DNA of 64,000 bases from an uncultured virus (IMG/VR IMGVR_UViG_3300022555_000029) (taxonomy: Duplodnaviria > Heunggongvirae > Uroviricota > Caudoviricetes): IMG/VR virus record IMGVR_UViG_3300022555_000029, one strand, 5' to 3'. How positions within the stretch are numbered: position 1 is the first letter of the stretch; every line of letters starts with the position of its first letter. Positions 50,185 through 59,358 of this stretch are shown piece by piece. A program made the translations under genes and the position numbers. The notes beneath the pieces were generated by a model. It was not told the DNA's origin. It saw nothing but the letters and a program-made list of their open reading frames with translations, and did not search any database.

Positions 50185-52104
50185 ATGAGCCTTCTAACAA
50201 AGGTATTCAGTAACATCAGTAAAGCTATAAATCGTGAAGTAGGAATCAGAGGGGCTGAACCACGTAAAGGTAACTTTGCTTGGATGGCTGGACTACCTAG
50301 CAAGAAAGTACTAAAACCAATTGTAGCCAATGCTCAATCGTTGAAGGCATTATCTAATACTGACCCGATTACCTGGGCAATTAAAACAGCAAGAAAGTCT
50401 CAGGTAACTGGTTGTGAATGGAATATAGTAAGAGATACAGAACAGATAGAATTGGAATTAGATAGATGGTATTCGAACATCATGAACAACCTCAATCCTT
50501 GGGGCTTTGAGGAAGTGTTTCATCCAATGTATCTCAATCCAGAAATCCACTTAAAAGCTTCCACAGACATTAAAAACATTCTTGCTGCTCCAGTAGCAAC
50601 TAAACCAACTGCTCCAAAGTTAGATGTCTATGGTCAGCCTATACCTGTACCTGTAGACATTAATGGTACACCTATTCCTGTTCCTCCTACTCCTGCTGAA
50701 CTAGCAGCTGCTAAAGAGGAAAGAAAGAAACAGTTGAAGTGGTACTTTGAAAGTCTCAAGAGAAAAATTCAACAGGATGCAGACCAAAATGCTCTGATTG
50801 TAAAGAGAATCTTTGATAGACCGAATGGCGACGATACAAGAACATTCCGTTCTTTTCTTGAAGTACTATTAGAGGACTTATTAGTATACGATGCTGGTGT
50901 AATTGTTAAAAATAAAAATGCATTAGGTGAATTAGCTGAAATGTATTTAATACCTGGACAAGATGTAAAGCTATACAGGAATCCAGATAGAACACTTCCT
51001 AAATCTCCCGAGCCTGCTTATGTATGGGAAGATATGGGAACACTCCGAGCTGAGTATACTAAAGATGAAATAGTCTACATCATGTCAAACCCCCAGCAAA
51101 ACGGATATGGTATGTCACCGTTAGAGGTAGCTGCTTACATCATTACAGCTTCTCTATATGCAGATGAATACAACATTGACTTCTTTAAACATTCAAATGT
51201 TCCTCCTGCAATTTTCAACATGGGTAAGAACATTAGTAATGAGCAACGTACTTCTTTCCAAGCTCAATGGGACAATGAAGTAGCTGGTAAAGGCTTGCAT
51301 AGAATGATGTTCATCAACGCTGCTGATAGTCCTGAATACATTCCGATTAGGAATATGAATTCAAGAGATATGCAGATGATGGAGTATTTGAAATGGACAC
51401 TATCAATCAAATGCGCTTGTTATCAAATAAGCCCTCAGGATATCGGATTCATTCAAGACTTTCATAGAACAACAGCAGAAACACAAAAAGAATTAACTAA
51501 GGCAAAAGGTATACGAAATCTACTTTCGTTACTCGAAACATATTTCAATACTGAAATAGTCAAAAAAGAATTTCCGTTTAAAGATGTTAAGTTTCAATGG
51601 CAAGGTATAGATTTATCTGATGAACAAGTACAATCGAGTATTGACATTGCAGACATCAACAATGGAATCATTAGCAGAAACGATAGAAGAAAAAGATTAG
51701 GATTACCAGCAGTAGAAGGTGGAGATGTGATATTAGTCAATATTGGTTCTCAAATGGTTCCTATTGAGGACTTAGTTCCACCTGAAGAGACAGTAGAACA
51801 GGAGCCTACTGCACCTGAACCTGAAGTAAACCCAGCAACAGGATTGCCAGTACAACCTGCAGTTGCACAACCAGCTGCATCACAAGAAACAGTAGTTCCT
51901 GGTAAGACAGATGCAACTGGCGATGCTGTATCTAGACAAGATACGATTAATAGTGTCGATGCATCTATGAACGACGAAGCCAAGAGGCAATTAGTTCGTA
52001 TGGTTGTACAAGCTACAAATGAAGACAAGATTTCAAAAGCAATGGATGCTCTTAAGACACAAGGTTTAGGCAATAACGAAATTAAAATTACTCTGGAGAA
52101 ATAA
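50185..52104 (+). CDS. Portal protein
   Basis: RPN...F...L.EDLL..DAG, GYGMSPLE, FF.....P, N..R...GLP.VEGGD (HK97-type portal pattern). Confidence 0.88.
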   Translation: MSLLTKVFSNISKAINREVGIRGAEPRKGNFAWMAGLPSKKVLKPIVANAQSLKALSNTDPITWAIKTARKSQVTGCEWNIVRDTEQIELELDRWYSNIMNNLNPWGFEEVFHPMYLNPEIHLKASTDIKNILAAPVATKPTAPKLDVYGQPIPVPVDINGTPIPVPPTPAELAAAKEERKKQLKWYFESLKRKIQQDADQNALIVKRIFDRPNGDDTRTFRSFLEVLLEDLLVYDAGVIVKNKNALGELAEMYLIPGQDVKLYRNPDRTLPKSPEPAYVWEDMGTLRAEYTKDEIVYIMSNPQQNGYGMSPLEVAAYIITASLYADEYNIDFFKHSNVPPAIFNMGKNISNEQRTSFQAQWDNEVAGKGLHRMMFINAADSPEYIPIRNMNSRDMQMMEYLKWTLSIKCACYQISPQDIGFIQDFHRTTAETQKELTKAKGIRNLLSLLETYFNTEIVKKEFPFKDVKFQWQGIDLSDEQVQSSIDIADINNGIISRNDRRKRLGLPAVEGGDVILVNIGSQMVPIEDLVPPEETVEQEPTAPEPEVNPATGLPVQPAVAQPAASQETVVPGKTDATGDAVSRQDTINSVDASMNDEAKRQLVRMVVQATNEDKISKAMDALKTQGLGNNEIKITLEK

Positions 52105-52458
52105 ATGGGCGAAAAATTCTTACTTCAAGGCGGTAACAAAACAAAAATGACCCAAATGAAAATTCCTATGGGCAAGTATAATATGCTTGGCGAAGCTCAA
52201 GGTGTACAAGTAGCCGAAGTCAAAAACATAGGCAACTCCATGGGCATAGATTGGAATACTGTTACACTTGAAGAGCTGTACAAAGGTGTCAAAGAAGAGA
52301 TGGAAGAGCATGGAGACATTCTCGGTAATGATGTAACTAAAGGTGTGCAAGTAGCATATGCTCATCTCAAAAAGATTCCTGACTACTATACAAGATTAGC
52401 TAGAATGGAAGCAGAGGCAACTGTACCTAATACGGACGACAACATACAAAATTCTTAA
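52105..52458 (+). CDS. DUF5661-like protein
   Basis: G..EE.EH...A.AHL...PDYYTRL..ME. Confidence 0.7.
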   Translation: MGEKFLLQGGNKTKMTQMKIPMGKYNMLGEAQGVQVAEVKNIGNSMGIDWNTVTLEELYKGVKEEMEEHGDILGNDVTKGVQVAYAHLKKIPDYYTRLARMEAEATVPNTDDNIQNS

Positions 52459-54848
52459 TGAACAGAATAACGTTTGATAAACCAAAATCTATAGACCTAG
52501 TAAAAGAAGAATATGACATTACTAAAGTGTCAGTTCTAACTACACCTAACTTGTTTCCTTTAATTAAAGGGATAGAGTTTGATGGTAGTGCTTCTTTTAT
52601 CCTAGCTAAGAAGCAACCATTTCCTGTAAAGAGAAAAATGGATGCTCATATAGAGGCTTATCAAAACGCGATGTTAAGAGAATGGAAAACAGTTAAAGGC
52701 AAATTAAAATCTCTTATCAATAGAGTAAAACAAGTAAGCAAAGTAGACTACAACAACAAGCTTACAGTTTTTCGTATAGCTAAGATACCTACAAAATACA
52801 AACTACAATTTATAGCAGTAGCAGACAAGTACGATTTGAATTTAGCTATACTCGATGCAATAGTGTTGAATCCTTCTCTTATGGTTAATGCTAGATACGA
52901 CAATGAGCACAACCTATTAGAACTTAATCCTGACTATCTTGCGCAACATGGTATGATTAGAATTGGTGATGTAGAGATTAGTGAGACTGAGAAGACATTC
53001 ATACATGAATTTGCCCATGCTTTCTGGTATAATTCACTAGCTGAAGAAGAAAGAATGCGATGGAGTAGCTTAGCTACATTTTTAGAGCGTGACCAGCTTA
53101 CTGGTGATATGAGTCAATACTTAGTAGGAGAGAAAAAGAGATTTGATGGTTCAACAACATACTCAGAATACTATACAGTAAGAGATGAACCATTTGTAAG
53201 TGTCTATGCAAGGTTCAATACTCGAGAAGACTTTGCTGAATGCTTCTTATATTATAAGGTATCGCCTAAAACATTAGAGCAGATTAATCCTAACAAATAT
53301 GCTTTCATTCAAGATAAAGTGGGTAATACAATTGAAAAAGAAAATCTTACTAAAGCATTCGAACCAGATATAGAAGACCCAAAGAAGTTAAGAGATAAGA
53401 TTATTGCATACTTGGATAGTTTAAAAAATGATTTGAGTGAGGTAGCTAAAGATGCAATCATTACAGCTTTCTTATTAGGTAAACAAAAAGCTGCTCACTA
53501 TACTGGTGAGCCATACAATCCTAAACTTACAACTGCTGAAGAGGAAGAAGTACAAAGATTATTAACACAAAATGACGAATTTTTAGACGATTTTATGGAT
53601 ACATTATCTGAAGAGCATGATAATGTTTTGTTTACTCTAACACCTACTGGATTCGTGGAGGGCGTCAAAGAGTATGATGATATAGATACATTTGACCAAG
53701 AGTTTGACGGGGTAATGGATAATCAAGAATACAGATTGGGTTCCTATGCCACAAATGGTGTAGAGAATGCTATGGCAATAGGTATGATTGGTAGTCTATT
53801 AGGTGCTTTTGCTGGTGGTTATTGGCATACAGAACAAGACGACAAGGTATGCGATGAATGTGGTCCTTTAGACGGGCAATGGATGTCATTAGATGAGTTT
53901 TCTGCATTGTGTGTAGACATAGATGGCATTCATCCTAACTGTAGATGCAAAAGACTATTCGAACCTGCTTTGGCACCTGGTGATGAATTTGAAAGAATAG
54001 TAGCAAGTGGTACTTTAGAAAAGAGGAAGAAAAAAATATGCGCAGTTGATTATCATAACACTATTCAGTACCTTTATCAGATAGATAATTCAGTAAACAT
54101 TAGGATAAAAGAAAAATTAGAGCAGTTGAAGAAACAAAAGTATCAGATTGTAATCCATTTTGGTGGCGTTAGGCATAGTGGTAAGGCTCTTGGCAGAATC
54201 ATTGCTTGGCTTAAACAAAATGAAATTCCTTACGATGAAATTTGGATGCGGAACGACAAACCTAAAGCTGATTTGTATTTTGAAAATGTGATGACAAGAC
54301 CAAGTGAATTCGAAGGTGTAGAAAAAGGCGGTCCTGGTAGTGGAAGATACCCAGCTGGAAGTAGTACTAAGCTTTCATATCAAGAGCAGCAAGATTACGA
54401 TAAGTTATCTGAATCATCAAAAATGGACTATATGGACCATAGAAGAGCAGGAACTGACCATCAAGCTTCGTTGGCGTTAGCCGAACCCGATAAGGCTTAT
54501 GTAAAGAAGTCAGATAAAACAGTTGCAGTTGACTATCATGGTACTATAATGATTAATAACAAAGTCAACGAAACCATAAAAGCTAAATTGCAGGAGATGA
54601 GAAATGAAGGTTATCACATTATTGTTTATACTTCAGGTACTACTAATAGTCCTGGTGCCTATAATGGCATACAGACTTGGCTTAAACAGAACGAAATCCC
54701 TTTTGATGAAGTCTGGCAAAAACAAGGGAAGCCAGATGCCGATTTGTATTTTGAAGATAAAGCTGTTAGACCGAGTGAAATCGAAGGTAAAACACTTAAG
54801 GAAATAGAAGCTATTCCTGATATAGAAGATAAATTAATGGAGGGTTAA
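52458..54848 (+). CDS. Polyvalent MuF (head morphogenesis) protein: zincin + MuF + two HAD-like domains + KGGPGSG motif
   Basis: HEFAH...SVYA....EDFAE; W....DDKVCDEC..LDG...HPNCRC; two AVDYH.TI...WLKQNEIP.DE...KP.ADLYFE. Confidence 0.8.
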   Translation: MNRITFDKPKSIDLVKEEYDITKVSVLTTPNLFPLIKGIEFDGSASFILAKKQPFPVKRKMDAHIEAYQNAMLREWKTVKGKLKSLINRVKQVSKVDYNNKLTVFRIAKIPTKYKLQFIAVADKYDLNLAILDAIVLNPSLMVNARYDNEHNLLELNPDYLAQHGMIRIGDVEISETEKTFIHEFAHAFWYNSLAEEERMRWSSLATFLERDQLTGDMSQYLVGEKKRFDGSTTYSEYYTVRDEPFVSVYARFNTREDFAECFLYYKVSPKTLEQINPNKYAFIQDKVGNTIEKENLTKAFEPDIEDPKKLRDKIIAYLDSLKNDLSEVAKDAIITAFLLGKQKAAHYTGEPYNPKLTTAEEEEVQRLLTQNDEFLDDFMDTLSEEHDNVLFTLTPTGFVEGVKEYDDIDTFDQEFDGVMDNQEYRLGSYATNGVENAMAIGMIGSLLGAFAGGYWHTEQDDKVCDECGPLDGQWMSLDEFSALCVDIDGIHPNCRCKRLFEPALAPGDEFERIVASGTLEKRKKKICAVDYHNTIQYLYQIDNSVNIRIKEKLEQLKKQKYQIVIHFGGVRHSGKALGRIIAWLKQNEIPYDEIWMRNDKPKADLYFENVMTRPSEFEGVEKGGPGSGRYPAGSSTKLSYQEQQDYDKLSESSKMDYMDHRRAGTDHQASLALAEPDKAYVKKSDKTVAVDYHGTIMINNKVNETIKAKLQEMRNEGYHIIVYTSGTTNSPGAYNGIQTWLKQNEIPFDEVWQKQGKPDADLYFEDKAVRPSEIEGKTLKEIEAIPDIEDKLMEG

Positions 54849-54849
54849 A

Positions 54850-55563
54850 ATGACAGCATTACCTAATGATGTAAAGAGAGTTATAGCCAACGGTGATTTG
54901 AATCGATTGGCGGAAGATATTAACGATGGTTTATTACCTGAACCTACAGACCATCAACAAAATACAGACACTAAACTCTTAGCTACTTCTGGAGTTAGTG
55001 GATATGTTTACACCAACAATGGTGTAAGTGGCAATTGGGCACCTTCATCCACACTACTCGGAACTTCTGGGTACAGTGGACTTAGTGGTGCTTCTGGATA
55101 CAGTGGATTAAGTGGACAAGATGGTGCTAGTGGTTATAGCGGCCTAGATGGTGCTAGTGGTTATAGTGGGGAAATCGGGACATCAGGTGAAAGTGGATAC
55201 TCTGGTCAGGATGGTGCATCAGGAGAATCTGGTTATTCAGGTGAATCTGGAGCAAGTGGTTATAGTGGAGCTAATCCTGGTGAGAGTGGCTATTCTGGAG
55301 AATCAGGTGCCAGTGGTTTTTCTGGTGAATCTGGTGCTAGTGGTTTTTCTGGACCTGTTGGAGATTCTGGATATAGTGGAATCAATGGGGATAGCGGTTA
55401 TTCTGGTGAATCTGGTGCAAGTGGTGCGTCAGGTTTCAGCGGTGAGTCTGGGTATAGTGGGTTGAATGGTACACCTACTGGATATAGTGGAACAATTTTA
55501 GTTGGCACAGATACAGTCTATGTAGTTGATGGTTTGATTACAGCAGTATCGGGAGTAGTATAA
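54850..55563 (+). CDS. Collagen-like G-X-S repeat protein
   Basis: Long run of GYS/GES/GAS/GFS triplets. Confidence 0.8.
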   Translation: MTALPNDVKRVIANGDLNRLAEDINDGLLPEPTDHQQNTDTKLLATSGVSGYVYTNNGVSGNWAPSSTLLGTSGYSGLSGASGYSGLSGQDGASGYSGLDGASGYSGEIGTSGESGYSGQDGASGESGYSGESGASGYSGANPGESGYSGESGASGFSGESGASGFSGPVGDSGYSGINGDSGYSGESGASGASGFSGESGYSGLNGTPTGYSGTILVGTDTVYVVDGLITAVSGVV

Positions 55564-55566
55564 TTT

Positions 55567-55848
55567 ATGAGTGAAATAATTAGACCTGAAAGTACAAAAT
55601 TACTAAAGGAACAAGATAACTTTGGTGTCGATACCAAAAAGTTAGAGCGTATGGGTAAAGACACCTTTGTTATCCACGGTTCTGGTGGTAATCATTTTGA
55701 ATGTAAAATTACCGACCCTAAAATCAAGTTTAAGTCATCTGGAAGGATGACCTTTACAGGTATAGGTATTTGTTTAAAGAAATGTTTAAGTAGAGATAAA
55801 GAGTGTAATAGTTGTGTAAGATTTTCAAAATTAAGGGAGGTAATATGA
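55567..55848 (+). CDS. Hypothetical Cys-containing protein
   Basis: ORF between the collagen-like gene and the protease. Confidence 0.5.
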   Translation: MSEIIRPESTKLLKEQDNFGVDTKKLERMGKDTFVIHGSGGNHFECKITDPKIKFKSSGRMTFTGIGICLKKCLSRDKECNSCVRFSKLREVI

Positions 55849-57482
55849 TTGATACAAAATTAGGATTCTTTGTTCCTATTTCGAAAGTGGATGAAGAGCA
55901 AAGAATGGTCTATGGGATTGCAACATGTGAAACTTTGGATAAGCAGAATGAAATTGTGGATTATGCTGCTACTAAGGAGGCATTAACAGATTATTCTGAT
56001 TGGCGTAATATTAGGGAGATGCACAAGCCAAGTGCTGTAGGTACAGCTCCTATTCTAGAGCTGAGGGATAATGATAAATCTCTTTACATAGGTGCCAAGA
56101 TAGTCGATGAGCAAGCTTGGCTTAAATGTAAAGAGGGGGTCTACAAGGGTTTTTCTATTGGCGGAGAAGTATTAGATAGGCGAATGGAGGTCAATAAATC
56201 CACAGGTAAACCTATCAATCGGGTTACCAAATATGTAATGAATGAAATTAGCATTGTTGATAGACCAGCTAATCCTTCCTGTAAGTTTGAGACAGTAAAA
56301 AGAGATACCTCTATAGAAACTATTACTATTGTAGAGGACCCATTAAAAGAAGAGAGTGCAAGGGTTATGGAAAAAGCAATTACTTTAGCTAAGAAAATTT
56401 TATCTAAGGATGAGCTTGAGCAGTTAGGTGATGAATCTTTTGGATTAATCAAAATCGTATCTGATGGCGATAGACTAGTCAAACATAGGACTTATCCTAT
56501 GCCAGACAAGGTGCACGCCATTAATATGATTCGGAAAATGGCAGGGGCTGACGAATTAGTTGTTGCTGACAAAGAACGTATTCATCAGACAGGTCTGCTT
56601 GTATTGGGCAAGTCACATAATGATATGGAATGCCCTTATTGTATAAGTCAAAAATTAAAAGGAGGTGTTGAAGTGGCAAAGGAACTAGTTGAAAAACAGG
56701 TTACAGTTGATGTAACTGATGATAAGGTTAAAAAACCTGAAGAGGTTACTGTTGATAAACCTGCAGGAGTTGCAGAAGAAAAACCTGCTCCGTTTGTAGC
56801 AACAGATAAACCAGTTGCAGAGGTACCTGTTGAAGAAAAGAAACCAGAAGTTAAAGTTGACGAAGAGGTTGCTGCTGTAGCGCCAGCTGCAGAGGTTACG
56901 TTAGAAGGAGTTAATGCTAAGGTTGACAATATTTTAGCATTATTACAGGATTTACTTGGTACTGAACAGCAAGAAACTGGTGAGGCACAACCTGAAGTAG
57001 CTTCTACATATGATGAAGAGGCACCAGTTGTAGAAGATGTAAAAGAGGAGATGCCAGTTGCTGAAACTAAGCCTGGTGGTATTCCTGAGGCTAAGCCTTG
57101 CAAAGAAGAAGATGCATGTTCAAAAGTAGTAGAAACTGCTGATGTTAAAAAATCAGTACAAGTAGGTTTGTTGAAAAAGATTAAGGATATTGTTACTCCT
57201 TTAGCTAAAGAAAATGCAATGTTGAAAGAAAAATTAGCTAAATTCGAAAAAGCTCCACTGCCTCGTAAAGATGCGCTTTCCAAGGCAGATGCAAAACCAG
57301 TTAAAATCGAGAAGTATGATGTTAAACTGGAAAAGAAAGAAACTGAATTAAGTGAGGAGTTAGTTAAAGATGTTGCTAAGGCTAATGACCTACGCAAATG
57401 TGGTAGGACATTAACTAAAGAAGAGGATTCATTCTGCCAGCGTGTGGTTGAGCGGATGATAGCAGAAAAGTTAGCTAAATAA
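55845..57482 (+). CDS. Prohead protease-scaffold fusion
   Basis: KVDEEQRMVYG, D.QNE, IREMH, YKGFSIGG, EISIVDRPANP; acidic/coiled-coil C-terminal half. Confidence 0.9.
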   Translation: MIDTKLGFFVPISKVDEEQRMVYGIATCETLDKQNEIVDYAATKEALTDYSDWRNIREMHKPSAVGTAPILELRDNDKSLYIGAKIVDEQAWLKCKEGVYKGFSIGGEVLDRRMEVNKSTGKPINRVTKYVMNEISIVDRPANPSCKFETVKRDTSIETITIVEDPLKEESARVMEKAITLAKKILSKDELEQLGDESFGLIKIVSDGDRLVKHRTYPMPDKVHAINMIRKMAGADELVVADKERIHQTGLLVLGKSHNDMECPYCISQKLKGGVEVAKELVEKQVTVDVTDDKVKKPEEVTVDKPAGVAEEKPAPFVATDKPVAEVPVEEKKPEVKVDEEVAAVAPAAEVTLEGVNAKVDNILALLQDLLGTEQQETGEAQPEVASTYDEEAPVVEDVKEEMPVAETKPGGIPEAKPCKEEDACSKVVETADVKKSVQVGLLKKIKDIVTPLAKENAMLKEKLAKFEKAPLPRKDALSKADAKPVKIEKYDVKLEKKETELSEELVKDVAKANDLRKCGRTLTKEEDSFCQRVVERMIAEKLAK

Positions 57483-57535
57483 GTAGCTAACTAAACGTAG
57501 TAAAAATTACGAGGAAAGGAGGAAATTAAATACAT

Positions 57536-57954
57536 ATGTTTTTTAATCCGCAAGCAATTGATAAGGCAATCGGCGATATTCAAAAAGCGATTGGCAGCAT
57601 TGATGTTGACGGCTTACTGTTAGTCCGTGAGGACTTACAAGCTGAGTTAGCCATTATGGCCCCGACTGATACACCGATTAGAAATCGGTTAAACAGGATT
57701 CAGGGAAATGGTAAAGCTCATGCGTGGTATCAGTTAGTCCCGACATCTGCCACGGAAGGATTGTTCTTAGGAACAGCCCCTTCGAATGCGTTTTTTGAGA
57801 GAGGTGGATTGCCCAATGCTACCCAAGCGTCGTATAAGTACAAATCAGCTCCGTATGTGTCTTTAGGTGACATGATTGTTGTGTCATTCTTTGACCAGAT
57901 GGCTGGTGCAACTTATGCCGATGTTAAAAAACTGCAGACAAAGATTAAGATGGT
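57536..57954 (+). CDS. Major capsid protein, exon 1
   Basis: Follows the protease; REDL......P.DTP.R; ends ...ATG GT at the 5' splice site. Confidence 0.85.
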
Positions 57955-58696
57955 ATCCGAAAGTTTGCCATCTCTAAAACCCACTATATCGGTGGAAGCC
58001 CGTGAGGGTAATACCGAGGCAACCTGCGAAAGCAGAGAGTCCGTAGAGACTACACGTGGGATACGATGGAATTAGGAGATTTAAATGTTAAAAGGTTCTA
58101 AAATGACAGAAGAGGCTAAAAAGAAAATATCCGATAAGATGAAAGCTGTTCGGTTGGTTTCTAATCCTTGGAAGTCAGGACAAACCTATGAAGAACGATT
58201 TGGTATTGAAAAAGGTTCTATGCTAAGAGAGAAAAGAGCACAAGTAATGAAGGAAAGACCTAACCTTAAGGTTCCAGAGAAAGCTTGGAATAAGGGGTTA
58301 ACAGGTGTCCAAGTTGCTTGGAATAAAGGTAAATCTCTTTCTCAAGAGCATAGAATATCTTTATCAAAAGCCAAAGGTGGTAAGGGTGAGCCAGGATATG
58401 GATGGGATTGGGAAGTAATGAGATTACTGGCTTTAGAAAGAGATGGACATAAATGCCAAAGGTGTGGTAAAGAAGCACCGCAGGTTAGAGTTATAGTCCA
58501 TCATAAAGACCCTTATAAGATTGGTAAATCTAATTCGTTAGATATACTGATTACTCTTTGTAGGAGTTGCCATATGATAGTGGAACCTTTTTATCTCTAT
58601 CGTAAAGATATAGTCCGAACTGCACAAATAACTGAAAGTGCAGAGCAAGACAGAAATTGTTCTTGCACCAAGTAACATACTTGGGTTAACAGATTG
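57955..58696 (+). mobile_element. Group I self-splicing intron (742 nt)
   Basis: P1 exon GAUGGU / IGS GCCAUC with U.G pair; P3 CCCAC/GTGGG; R GAGACTA; S AAGATATAGTCC; terminal G; splicing restores the frame. Confidence 0.9.
58085..58675 (+). CDS. Intron-encoded HNH homing endonuclease
   Basis: AWNKG motifs; RDGHKCQRCG...VHHKD...LCRSCH; own SD AGGAG. Confidence 0.88.
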   Translation: MLKGSKMTEEAKKKISDKMKAVRLVSNPWKSGQTYEERFGIEKGSMLREKRAQVMKERPNLKVPEKAWNKGLTGVQVAWNKGKSLSQEHRISLSKAKGGKGEPGYGWDWEVMRLLALERDGHKCQRCGKEAPQVRVIVHHKDPYKIGKSNSLDILITLCRSCHMIVEPFYLYRKDIVRTAQITESAEQDRNCSCTK

Positions 58697-59264
58697 AAAC
58701 ACCGCCTTAATTGAGGAATGGGCCATTATTAATGGTAATAGTGGAACATCACCGCTACAGTTCGATGGGTTGTTAACGCAGATTAGTACCAACACAGAAA
58801 CAGCAAGCGCAGCTCCATTCACATTGACACAGATTACAAATCTGTTGAAGACAATCACAATGAAAGGTGGAAAACCGCAGGCAATAATTATGTCGTATCG
58901 TGATAATCAGAGATTTTCTGATTTAGTCATGGGTTCTTACTACAGATTATTCCAGGCTGGTGCTGGTGCTATGGCTGACGTCCCCGCTGGTATCGCAGTA
59001 ACTAAATGGGTTAGCCCGTTTGGTACTCAAGATATTATCGGAAGTCGGTATCTGCCTAACACTGGTGTGGATGGTAATATCATTGTCATTGATGACAAGA
59101 CAGTACTTGATGATGGTAATGCAATCCAAATGGTTGACTTAATGCCTATCAGCTCTATCGATTTGGCCTTACTTCAAACAGCGTATCGTACAATCATTTG
59201 TGAGTTCTCAGTTCTACAGATGACATGCGAAGCGTTCCAGGGCAAAGTTACTAACTGCGGTTAA
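58697..59264 (+). CDS. Major capsid protein, exon 2 (spliced product 328 aa)
   Basis: (V)NTALIEEWAIINGNS...QFDGLLTQI...SPFG... in frame after splicing. Confidence 0.85.
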
Positions 59265-59358
59265 TACTTAACTGTATTAATCCAAGGTCTAATAAATAAA
59301 TTTTGTGGGTGGATTGACCACCACCCACCACTTAAATTTCTTAACAAGGGAGATACAG

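Noticed and set aside
55060..55490. Short DNA repeats as a CRISPR array or VNTR
   Set aside because: Degenerate 9-bp periodicity from G-X-S codons; no constant repeat with unique spacers
57955..58075. C-terminal 40 aa of the 57536-58075 ORF as real protein, or MCP as a pseudogene/frameshift
   Set aside because: This is read-through into the group I intron core; splicing explains both fragments
59305..59328. Hairpin GTGGGTGG/CCACCCAC as the capsid-gene terminator
   Set aside because: No U-tract follows; it may regulate the HNH gene, but support is insufficient
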